NCBI RefSeq assembly: GCF_011386835.1
Contig: NC_088803.1
Span: forward strand, 5,642,001-5,706,000
DNA from: Chrysemys picta bellii
Lineage: Eukaryota
Reading direction: 5' to 3'
Length of the DNA: 64,000 nt
The position numbers and the translations under genes are program-made. This document shows positions 11,951 through 22,172 of the stretch, in pieces. Every line of letters starts with the position of its first letter. The first letter of the stretch is position 1. The notes beneath the pieces are model-generated. The model searched no databases. It worked only from the letters and a program-made list of their open reading frames with translations, and was not told where the DNA came from.

Positions 11951-12327
11951 GCCATCTCCTCTGCTGTGTCCCATCACGAGCCCCTTGGGGCTGCTACACA
12001 ACTCAACGCGCACAGAATGGCAACACGGCAACAACTCCTTTGGGCCCCAGCCAGAGAGAACAAGTGATTCAAATACCCCACGCTGCCCAGAGGGGGAAGT
12101 CCCATAAAACCAGGGAGAGAACCCAGGAGTCCTGGCTCCTAGCCCACCCGCTGTAACCCGCCCCCCTCCCGCGCTGTGGGTTCTATGCTGGGGGGGGGGA
12201 AAGGGGGAGCGAGGGAACGAAGAAGCAGGTGACGGAGGAAGAAGGATTGTAAAATCGATGGGCTGAGCCAGCCAGGGCACGGAGCTGTCACCCACATGGA
12301 TATATGAGCTTCCTTGATACACTCCGA

Positions 12328-15300
12328 CTTCCACCCCTCCGCTGGCCCGGCTCCTTCCTTCCCTCCATCCCCGTCTGCTTCCCTCCATCCCTCCACTGGC
12401 CTGGCTCCTTCCTTCCCTCCATCCCCGTCTGCTTCCCTCCACCCCTCCGCTGGCCCGGCTCCTTCCTTCCCTCCATCCCTCCGCTGGCCCGGCTCCTTCC
12501 TTCCCTCCATCCCCGTCTGCTTCCCTCCATCCCTCCGCTGGCCCGGCTCCTTCCTTCCCTCCATCCCCGTCTGCTTCCCTCCATCCCTCCGCTGGCCCGG
12601 CTCCTTCCTTCCCTCCATCCCCATCTGCTTCCCTCCATCCCTCCGCTGGCCCGGCTCCTTCCTTCCCTCCATCCCCGTCTGCTTCCCTCCATCCCTCTGC
12701 TGGCCTGGCTCCTTCCTTCCCTCCATCCCCGTCTGCTTCCCTCCATCCCTCCGTCGTCCTGGCTCCTTCCTTCCCTCAATCCCTGTCTGCTTCCCTCCAT
12801 CCCTCTGTCGTCCCGGCTCCTTCCTTCCCTCCATCCCTGTCTGCTTCCCTCTATCCCTCCACCGGCCTGGCTCCTTCCTTCCCTCCATCCCTCCGCCGGC
12901 CCGGCTCCTTCCTTCCCTCAATCCCTGTCTGCTTACCTCCATCCCTCCGTCGTCCCGGCTCCTTCCTTCCCTCAATCCCTGTCTGCTTCCCTCCATCCCT
13001 CCGCCGGCCCGGTTCCCTCCTTCCCTCCATCCCTCCACCGGCCCGGCTCCTTCCTTCCCTCCATCCCTGTCTGCTTCCCTCCATCCCTCCGCTGGCCCGG
13101 CTCCTTCCTTCCCTCCATCCCTGTCTGCTTCCCTCCATCCCTCCGCTGGCCCAGCTCCTTCCTTCCCTCCATCCCTGTCTGCTTCCCTCCATCCCTCCAC
13201 CGGCCCGGTTCCCTCCTTCCCTCCATCCCTCCGCTGGCCCGGCTCCTTCCTTCCCTCCATCCCCATCTGCTTCCCTCCATCCCTCCGCTGGCCCGGCTCC
13301 TTCCTTCCCTCCATCCCTGTCTGCTTCCCTCCATCCCTCCGCTGGCCCGGCTCCTTCCTTCCCTCCATCCCTGTCTGCTTCCCTCCATCCCTCCACCGGC
13401 CCGGTTCCCTCCTTCCCTCCATCCCTCCGCTGGCCCGGCTCCTTCCTTCCCTCCATCCCTCCGCTGGCCCGGCTCCTTCCTTCCCTCCATCCCCGTCTGC
13501 TTCCCTCCATCCCTCCGCTGGCCTGGCTCCTTCCTTCCCTCCATCCCCGTCTGCTTCCCTCCATCCCTCCGTTGTCCCGGCTCCTTCCTTCCCTCAATCC
13601 CTGTCTGCTTCCCTCCATCCCTCTGTCGTCCCGGCTCCTTCCTTCCCTCCATCCCTGTCTGCTTCCCTCTATCCCTCCACCGGCCTGGCTCCTTCCTTCC
13701 CTCCATCCCTCCGCCGGCCCGGCTCCTTCCTTCTCTCCATCCCTGTCTGCTTCCCTCCATCCCTCCACTGGCCCGGCTCCTTCCTTCCCTCCATCCCCGT
13801 CTGCTTCCCTCCATCCCTCCGCTGGCCCGGCTCCTTCCTTCCCTCCATCCCCGTCTGCTTCCCTCCATCCCTCCGCTGGCCCGGCTCCTTCCTTCCCTCC
13901 ATCCCTGTCTGCTTCCCTCCATCCCTCCGCCGGCCCGGCTCCTTCCTTCCCTCCATCCCTGTCTGCTTCCCTCCATCCCTCCGCCGGCCCGGCTCCTTCC
14001 TTCCCTCCATCCCTGTCTGCTTCCCTCCATCCCTCCGCCGGCCCGGCTCCTTCCTTCCCTCCATCCCTGTCTGCTTCCCTCTATCCCTCCGCTGGCCCGG
14101 CTCCTTCTTTCCCTCCATCCCTCCACCGGCCCGGCTCCTTCCTTCCCTCCATCCCTCCGTCGTCCCGGCTCCTTCCTTCTCTCCATCCCTGTTTGCTTCC
14201 CTCCATCCCTCCACCAGCCCGGCTCCTTCCTTCCCTCCATCCCTGTCTGCTTCCTTCCACCTCCCCACATTGCTACCCACCCCCATCCCCCACCTCTGGC
14301 AGGAGTGGGTGTCTGGAGCCAAACAAGGGGGCCCTGCTGGGGGAGGACCCAATACCGGGACCCCCAGCAGAACACACACCCCTTGTCTGGGCCTGGCCCT
14401 CACCCCCCCACACACACTCCTTCTCCCATCCCTCCTTCCACCCATCCCTCCACGCTCCATCCGCCTCTCCCTCCCTCCATCCTCCCATCCCTCCTTTCAT
14501 CCATCCTCCCACCACCCACCCCTCCATCTCCACACCCCTCCTCCCATCCCTCCATCTCCACATCCCCTCCATCCCTCCTTCCATCCACCCATCCTTCCAT
14601 CCTCCCATTCACCATCCCTCCTTCCATCCATCCCTCCATCTCCACATGTCATCCATCCATCCTTACATCCCTCCATCCACCCATCCTTCCATCCTCCCAT
14701 TCCCCATCCCTCCTCCATCTCCACATCCCATCCTCCCACCCCCCATCCCTCCATCTCCACATCCCCTCCATCCCTCCATCCCCTCCATCCATCCTCCCAC
14801 CCCCATCCCTCCATCTCCACATCCCCTCCATCCATCCTTCCATCCATCCCTCTATCTCCACATCCCCTCCATCCCTCCTTCCATCCACCCATCCTTCCAT
14901 CCATCCCTCCATCTCCACATCCCCTCCATCCATCCTCCCACCCCCATCCCTCCATCTCCACATCCCCTCCATCCCTACTTCCATCCACCCCTTCATCCAT
15001 CCTCCCCCCCATCCCTCCATCTCCACACCCCTCCTCCCATCCCTCCATCCCCCATCCTTCCATCTCCACATCCCCTCCATCCATCCTCACATCCCCATCC
15101 CTTCATCCACCCCTCCACCCCTCCTTCCATCCACCCCATCCCTCCCCATATCCCCTCCTTCCATCCACCCCCATCCCTCCTCCCATCTCCTCCAGCTCTC
15201 CATGCCCCGTCCACCCCCCTCCATCCCTCCTCCCATCCCACCTTCCATCCATCCTCCCATCCCCCATCACTACACCCCCTCCATCCTCCTCTCCATCCAT

Positions 15301-16640
15301 CCTTGACTTCATCCCCCACACCCCTCCATCTTCCTGTCTCAAGTCCTCTCTCCTCCTCTTCCTCCATCCCCCCTTTATCACTCTCCTCTCCTTCCCCTCC
15401 CTCCATTTTCTCTGTCCCATTCCCTCTCTCCTTCCTCCCTGTCCTCGGTCTCCTTCCCCTCCCCTCCATTCTCCCTATCCCATTCCCCCTCTCCTTCCTC
15501 CCTGTCCTCGGACTCCTTCCCCTCCCCTCCATTCTCCCTGTCCCATTCCCCCTCTCCTTCCTCCCTGTCCTCAGTCTCCTTCCCCTCCCTCCATTCTCCC
15601 TATCCCATTCCCCCTCTCCTTCCTCTCTGTCCTGCTCTGTCTCCTTCCCTCTCTCCATCCCCCTCCTTCCCCCTCTGTCTCCTTCCCCCTCCACCCACCT
15701 CCATCCCTCTCTGTCTCCTTCCCCCTCCACATCCCACCTCCATCCTCCTCTGTTTCCTCATCCCTCCATCCTCCTCTGTCTCCTTCCCCCCTCCTTCCCT
15801 CTGTCTCCTTCCCCCTCTCCATCCCTCTCTGTCTCCTTCCCTCTCTCCATCCTCCTCCCTCTCTCCTCTGTCTCCTTCCCCCTCTCCATACCCCTCCATC
15901 CCTGACACCTTCCCTTTCTCCAACCCCCCTCCATCCTCCTATCTCCTTCCCCCTGTCTCCTTCCCTCTCTCCATCCTCCTCTGTCTCCTTCCCCTTCTCC
16001 ATACCCCTCTGTCTCCTTCCTTCTCTCCATCCCCCTCCCTCTCTCCTCTGTCTCCTTCCCCCTCCATCCCTCTCTGTCTCCTTCCCCTTCTCCATCCCCC
16101 TCCATCTCCCTCTGTCTCCTTCCCCCTCCACATCCCACCTCCATCCTCCTCATCCCTCCATCCCCCTCTGTCTCCTTCCCCCTCTCCATCCCCCTCCATC
16201 CCTCTGTCTTCTTCCCCAACCTCCATCCCTCTCTGTCTCCTTCCCTCTCTCTATCCCCCTCTCCATGCCCCTCCATCCCTGTCATCTTCCCTTTCTCCAT
16301 CCCCCCTCCATCCTCCTGTCTCCTTCCCCCTCTGTCTCCTTCCCTCTCTCCATCCTCCTCTGTCTCCTTCCCTCTCTCCATCCCCCTCCCTCTTTCTTCT
16401 GTCTCCTTCCCCCTATCCATCCCCCCTCCATCCTCCTCTGTCTCCTTCCCCCTCTCCATCCCCCTCCCTCTCTCCTCTGTCTCCTTTGCCCTCTCCATCC
16501 CCCCTCCATCCTCCTCTGTCTCCTTCCCCCTCTCCATCCCCCCTCCATCCTCCTCTGTCTCCTTCCCTCTCTCCATCCCCCCTCCATCCTCCTGTCTCCT
16601 TCCCTCTCTCCATCCCTCTCCCTCTCCCTCTCCCCCCCCC
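12328..16640 (+). repeat. Polypyrimidine minisatellite (~43 bp unit) plus CCAT/CCT low complexity
   Basis: Units CCCTCCATCCCTCCGCTGGCCCGGCTCCTTCCTT... to ~14260, then TCCATCCC/CTGTCTCCTTCCC repeats. Counterpart at ~32945-37095. Confidence 0.9.
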
Positions 16641-16695
16641 GCCCGTTCACACGCTGCCAGCCGGAGTGAAGCGATGGGAAATCGATCCCACTTAC

Positions 16696-16930
16696 TCTGC
16701 TCGCTGGAAGAGGGGGCTCCGCCGGGGGTGGGGATGGGGGGGGAGCTGGGCTCCGGCCGCTCCCCTCCTCCAGCGCCTCCCCCTGGCTCAGGCCCGGCCC
16801 GCGGATCGATCGGGGCGCCGCCGGGGCTTCCCCATTGATTTACACTGGCCCGCGCCCGCCCTGCTCCGCTCCCTCGCTCCGGAGCTGCCGGCAGCCGCGC
16901 CACACAATGGAATAATCAATTTCCCTCCCC
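16696..16930 (-). other. ZFHX2: Probable non-coding first exon of ZFHX2 (5' end not determinable)
   Basis: CpG-rich unique island with a consensus minus-strand donor GCAGA|GTAAGT (GT at 16695-16694). Position head-to-head with THTPA fits the known ZFHX2/THTPA arrangement. Second copy has its donor boundary at 37151. Confidence 0.6.
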
Positions 16931-16984
16931 CCCCCCGCCCTCCAGCGCCCCGGCGGGGGGGCGGCAGGGAGCAGGTGCAGCTGA

Positions 16985-17003
16985 GCATGATGGGAAATGT
17001 AGT
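16985..17003 (-). promoter_or_regulatory. ZNF143/THAP11 (SBS) motif facing ZFHX2
   Basis: Minus strand reads ACTACATTTCCCATCATGC, matching ACTACAnnTCCCAnnATGC. Copy at 37439-37457. Confidence 0.65.
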
Positions 17004-17954
17004 CTCTCGCCCCCCCCCGCAGGCTCTGCCCCCCCCCGCCTCTGCACCCTGGGAAGGACAAAAGTGTGCGGGAGGGGGAGCCGGGGGGGTGGGCTGGGAG
17101 TGTCTGACCCCCCCAGAGCAGGTGCACTGTCTCCCCCACTGCCCCACAGCGGCCCCTAGAGGGGAAAGGCCTTGTGTCTCCACCCCAGCCAGCAAGTCCC
17201 CCCTGGGCCTGGCGGCAGCGCCCCTCTGAGCCAGCCAGGGCCCCCAACCCAGTCCCACCGTATCCCAGCCCCCCACAAGCTTTCCCCTCCCGACCCCCTT
17301 GCGAGGGAGAGCAGGGCTATTCTCTGCATGAGGAAACTGAGTCACGGAGCAGCTCAGGGGGTTCACCCCACCCCCGGCCCAGCCCGTGGCAGGGCCGGGA
17401 GCTTGGGGTCAGCCAGCCTGTCTGGACAGGGCACCCTTGAACTCCACCCTGCCTTGGGGGTGACAGCTGGGGAGATGGAGAAAGTGGCAGGGGTGTTTGT
17501 GCCCCTCCCCCAACCCTCCCCCCTTCCCCCATCCCATCTCCCTCACCTCACCCCACCCCAACCTGACCCTCCAGCCCTTCCCCAACCCCAATCCTCCAGC
17601 CCCTGCTAACCCCCGCTCCCATTGCTCCAATGCCCCCCACACCCATAGCCCTGAACCTCCCACACCCCACCTTCCATACACCCTAGATCCCTTCCCTTCC
17701 CCCTAAATCTGCCCCACACCACATCCCCTGACCCCCTCCCCACCCACCCTTGATCCCAGAGCCCTTCGCTCATGCCCCCTACAACCTCCCCATCTCCCCT
17801 CCGCCTCACAGCCTTTCCCTCATAATCACCCCCCACCGCTCCGCCCGCATCCCCCCCCCCCACGGCTGCCTCTGCACTCCCTTCCGTGGCCAGTGGTGCT
17901 GTCAGACTAAGAGAGAACACCAATAATCAGCTGTGTGCCTGCCAAATAGTCCAG

Positions 17955-18295
17955 CCCCCCGGCTCTAACCACTAGCCCCCACTCCCCTCCCAGAGCCAGG
18001 GAGAGAACCCAGGAGTCCTGGCTCCCAGCCCCCTGGCTCTAACCACTAGACCCCAGTCCCCTCCCAGAACCAGGGAGAGAACCCAGGAGTCCTGGCTCCC
18101 AGCCCCCCAGCTCTAACCACTAGCCCCCACTCCCCACCCAGAGCCAGGGAGAGAACCCAGGAGTCCTGGCTCCCAGCCCCCTGGCTCTAACCACTAGACC
18201 CCACTCCCCTCCCAGAGCCAGGGAGAGAACCCAGGAGTCCTGGCCCCCAGCCCCCCTTGCTCTAACCATTACTCCCCTCCCAGAGCTCAGAATAG
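17955..18295 (+). repeat. ~74 bp GC-rich repeat array (CTCTAACCACTAGCCCCCACTCCCCTCCCAGAGCCAGGGAGAGAACCCAGGAGTCCTGGCTCCC)
   Basis: About 4 units here versus about 10 at 38415-39200. The same unit is dispersed through NGDN introns and 47.7-51.6 kb. Confidence 0.88.
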
Positions 18296-18389
18296 AACTC
18301 AGTAGTCCCTGCCTCCTGGTCCACAAGGGGTTAACCCCATCTCCACATTAAGGACCCCCCATCCTGCTGCTCTTAATTTCAGCTTTCCG

Positions 18390-18760
18390 GTCACCATAGC
18401 AACTGGGAGCAAAGAAGCGAGACAGACGCTGTTGGCGGGGCGGGGGAGTGAGACAGAGATAGAGGCCAAAGACACCGGTTTTCCCAATCCCTTAGTCGTC
18501 TGGAACTACAGCTCCCAGAATGCCCTGGTCTCCTGGAACTACAGCTCCCAGAATGCCCTGCTCCCTCTGACACTACAGCTCCCAAAATGCCCTGCTCCCT
18601 CTGGCACTACAGCTCCCAGAATGCCCTGCTCTCCTGGAACTACTATGCCCAAAATGCCCCACTCCCTTTAGTACTACAGCTCCCTGCATGCCCTGCTCCC
18701 CTGGAACTGCAACTCCCAGAATGCCCTGCCCCACTGGAACTACAGCTCCCAGCATGCCCC
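18390..18760 (+). promoter_or_regulatory. THTPA promoter: RFX X-box, GC box and 8 tandem ZNF143/THAP11 motifs
   Basis: GTCACCATAGCAAC (18390-18403), GGCGGGGCGGGG, then eight ~33-34 bp units with core ACTACAGCTCCCAGAATGC (18502-18760). Copy at 39298-39668. Confidence 0.7.
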
Positions 18761-18769
18761 GCTCCCCAC

Positions 18770-18859
18770 CACTTTGCGACGAAGCACATTAATTCTCCAA
18801 AGAGAAAACTCCAGCCCCCCCCCCACGCCGCTGGCCGCGCGACAGCTGGGACCGGCCAG
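18770..18859 (+). other. THTPA: Probable non-coding first exon of THTPA (start approximate)
   Basis: Donor CAG|GTCAGT (GT at 18860-18861) downstream of the motif array. A matching acceptor CCTCTCCTGTCCCCAG ends at 20136, 10 nt before the ATG. Second-copy exon end at 39767. Confidence 0.5.
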
Positions 18860-18949
18860 GTCAGTGCTGGCCCCGGGACCCCCTCGGGCAGGGAGTGGGG
18901 CGGGGGTGAGCGAGGTGCACGTGGTGTCGGGAGTGGGGCACCCTGGGGC

Positions 18950-20050
18950 AGGGAACTGGGCTGGGCTGGGCTGGAGTGCCGTGGGGCAGGGGGCAGGGGG
19001 CTGGGTGGGGGGGTGCCGTGGGGCTGGGTGGGGGGGTGGATGGGAGGTGCCGTGGGGCAAGGAGCTGGGCTGGGCTGGAGTGCCGTGGGGCAGGGGGCAG
19101 GACTGGATTGGAGGTGCTGTGGGGCAAGGAGCTGGGCTGGGGCACCGTGGGGCTGGGTGGTGGGTATCGTGGGGCAGGGAGCTGGCCTAGGGTGCTGTGG
19201 GGCAGGGAGTGGGGCTGGGGGGGGGGGTGCTGTGGGTCAAGGAGCTGGGCTGGGGTGCTGTGGGACAGGGAGTGGGACTGGGTGTGGGGAGGTGCTGTGG
19301 GTCAAGGAGCTGGGCTGGGGTGCTGTGGGGCAGGGAGTGGGGCTGGGTGGGGGGGTGCTGTGGGTCAAGGAGCTGGGCTGGGGTGCTGTGGGACAGGGAG
19401 TGGGACTGGATGGGAGGTGCCGTGGGGCAGGGAGCTGTGGGACAGGGAGTGGGACTGGATGGGAGGTGCTGTGGGGCAGGGAGCTGGGCTGGGGTACCGT
19501 GGCGGGTATCGTGGGGCAGGGAGCTGGCCTAGGGTGCTGTGGGGCAGGGAGTGGGACTGGATGGGAGGTGCCGTGGGGCAGAGAGCTGGGCTGGGGTACC
19601 GTGGCGGGTATCGTGGGGCAGGGAGCTGGGCTGGGGTGCTGTGGGACAGGGAGTGGGACTGGATGGGAGGTGCCGTGGGGCAGGGAGCTGTGGGACAGGG
19701 AGTGGGACTGGATGGGAGGTGCTGTGGGGCAGGGAGCTGGGCTGGGGTACCGTGGCGGGTATCGTGGGGCAGGGAGCTGGCCTAGGGTGCTGTGGGGCAG
19801 GGAGTGGGACTGGATGGGAGGTGCCGTGGGGCAGAGAGCTGGGCTGGGGTACCGTGGCGGGTATCGTGGGGCAGGGAGCTGGGCTGGGGTGCTGTGGGAC
19901 AGGGAGTGGGACTGGATGGGAGGTGCCGTGGGGCAGGGAGCTGTGGGGCAGGGAGTGGAGCTGGATGGGAGGTGCTGTGGGGCAGGGAGCTGGGCTGGGG
20001 CACTGTGGGGCTGGGTGGGGGGTGTAATGTGGGGCAGGGAGCTGAGCTGG
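18950..20050 (+). repeat. G-rich minisatellite in THTPA 5'UTR intron
   Basis: Units GGTGCCGTGGGGCAGGGAGCTGGGCTGGG.../GGGACAGGGAGTGGGACTGGATGGGA. A differently arranged counterpart lies at ~39850-41070. Confidence 0.88.
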
Positions 20051-20146
20051 GATGCTCTGGGGAAAAAGCAGGGAAGGAGCGGGGGGCCGGGACCAGGGGG
20101 TCGCTCCGTGGCTCACTCCCCCTCTCCTGTCCCCAGAGGGGCCGCA

Positions 20147-21225
20147 ATGCCGTCGGGCAGCATCGAGGTGGAGTCGAAGTTCGAGGCCGGGCCAGACACG
20201 GAGGCCAGGCTGGCGGCGCTGGGGGCAGCCCCGGCTGGGAGCTCGTCCTTCCGTGACCTTTACTACGACACCCCCGACCTGCGCCTCACGCGGGCTGACC
20301 ACTGGCTGCGGCTCCGCCAGGGGGCCGGCTGGGAGCTCAAGTGCCCCCCGGTGCCACGCGGAGGAGCCGAAGGGTCCAGCCATGACCTGGGTGCCGCGTC
20401 CCCGGAGCCACCAGAGGGCACCGGAGGGTCCAGCCTTGTCCCGGCTGCCCTGTCCCCGGAGCCGCCAGCAGGGGGCGCCAGAGACTCCAGCCATGTCCCA
20501 GATGCCCTGTCCCCGGAGCCTCCCGCCATGGCCACCACCTACCAGGAGCTGACGAGCCCCCGCGCCATCGTGGGCCGGTTATGCGGGGTGCTGGGCGTGG
20601 CCCCCGTGCCTGGCTGGGACCAGGTGCCTGGGGCCGTGGCTGGGCTGGGCCTGCAGGAGTTTGCCAGCTTCGTGACCCAGCGCCGCAGCTACCGGCTGGG
20701 GGGCCTGCGGGTGGACCTGGACCAGGCAGATTTCGGCTATGCTGTGGCCGAGGTGGAAGCCCTGGTGGGGGCCCAGGAGGACGTGCCGGCGGCGCTGGAG
20801 GAGGTGCTGCAGCTCCGGCGGGCACTGGGTGAGCAGCGCTGGGGGCACCAGAGCAGGGGCTGGGGGACAGGGACGCCCCCACTGACCAGGGTTTCTCTCC
20901 CCTCCTAGGGCGGGACGGTGCCACCCGTGTGCCGGGCAAGATGAGCGTCTACCTCCAGCGGCATCGCCCCCGGCACTACCAGGAGCTACTCCTGGCGGGG
21001 GTGCTGGCCGGGGACCCGCAGCTGCCCCCCCATGGCGACAACACTTCCGAGCCTGAGATGCTGGCCACACGGGGCCCCTCCAAAGTCATGGAACTGGCGG
21101 GGGGGCCGGAGGGTGAAAAAGGGCCCCCTAGTGCCGGGGGGGGATTGGGCACGGACCGGCCCCCTAGTGCCGGGGGGAGATTGGGCATGGACCAGCCCCC
21201 CCCTCCGCAGCACAGTGCCCCCTAG
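20147..21225 (+). CDS. THTPA: Thiamine triphosphatase (CYTH family), copy 1; exons 20147-20828 and 20909-21225, 332 aa
   Basis: MPSGSIEVESKF (ExExK), YYDTP, DHWLRLR, WELKC, TYQEL, FASFVTQR, LRVDLDQADFGYAVAEVEAL, then an 80-bp GT-AG intron and PGKMSVYLQRHRPRHYQELL. All match human THTPA motifs as recalled. Confidence 0.95.
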
Positions 21226-21730
21226 CGCTGGGGGGGGGATTGGGCATGGACCGGCCCCCTCCTCCCAGCTGCAGCCCATCTAAGGATCCCCCGGTCACAG
21301 AACAGGGCTCTAACACCAGAGCGCCATGGGGCCGGCCCACGGCCGAGCGGCTCCCTGCTCCGTTGGCCTCGGTGGCTCACTGCAGCGTGACCCCCAGTCA
21401 CACGCCAGCACGCGCCCGGCTTGGCCCCAGGCCCGAGGGCGGAAAGAGAGGAAAGCTGCAGCTGTGGGACCCGCCCCCGTTTGATCCCCTGGGGGAGAGC
21501 ATGGGACAGCTGCCCCCCCCCCCCAAATTCAACCCAGTTACGCTAGGATGAGGCAGCCAGACCGAGGGGGGGAGGGAAGTTCAGACATGGCAAAGAGCTG
21601 GGGGCTAGGGGAGGTGTTAAGGGTTATGCTGGGCTCCGGTTGCCGAGCAATGGGATAGGACGGGGACCCAGCGTCCGTCAGCTCCCTTGGGGGTACCCTT
21701 GGCCTAAGTTGCGCAGGCAATGCTGCAGTG

Positions 21731-22050
21731 CAGCGCCCCCTCGTGGCCGAGGGACGGGCCCCAGCAGCACAGCGCCCCCCTAGTGACCGGCCCCGGGGAC
21801 GGGTCCCAGGGCACAGCGTCCCCCTAGTGACCGGCCCGGGGACGGGTCCCAGGGCACAGCGCCCCCCTAGTGACCGGCCCGGGGACGGGCCCCAGTACCC
21901 CGTAGGGACAGACTAGGTGACAGGGCACAGCCCCCCCAGTGACCGGCCAGGCGACGGGCCCCAGGGCGCAGCGCCCCCTAGTGGACACTTGGACCAAGAG
22001 ACGGGCCCCAGGGCGCAGCACCCCCTAGTGGACACTTGGACCAAGAGACA
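21731..22050 (-). repeat. Minisatellite of CTCF-like motifs, copy 1 (~7 units)
   Basis: Units carry CAGCGCCCCCT(A/C)GTGG (reverse complement CCAC(T/G)AGGGGGCGCTG) or CAGCGCCCCCCTAGTGAC. Confidence 0.75.
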
Positions 22051-22066
22051 TGTTCAGGGGCTTGAT

Positions 22067-22072
22067 TTTATT
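22067..22072 (-). terminator. NGDN polyadenylation signal (copy 1)
   Basis: Plus-strand TTTATT = AATAAA on minus, ~100 nt after the NGDN stop. Copy at 43577-43582. Confidence 0.75.
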
Positions 22073-22172
22073 GTCTAAACATTCTGTCCACATGTGAGAG
22101 TTGCTGGGGGGTGATGTGGGGGGTGGGGTCATCGCTCCATGGGGGGGAGCGGGGGGGGGTAGCGTCGCTCCA

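Noticed and set aside
1812-16669. Very long ORFs (853, 696, 1000, 1451 aa etc.) rich in HPSI, CV, PS or GWRE repeats
   Set aside because: Translations of stop-poor simple repeats in ZFHX2 intron 1. They are open in several frames at once, have no domain content, and differ between the two copies. The same applies to 25.6-37.4 kb.
18587-20146. Apparent 520-aa N-terminal extension of THTPA (773-aa ORF)
   Set aside because: It crosses the promoter motif array and a G-rich VNTR, is broken in copy 2, and a good acceptor lies 10 nt before the conserved ATG.
20829-20908. Read-through C-terminus GEQRWGHQ...VSLPS in the ORF track
   Set aside because: This is the 80-bp GT-AG intron. Splicing restores the conserved PGKMSVYLQR segment.
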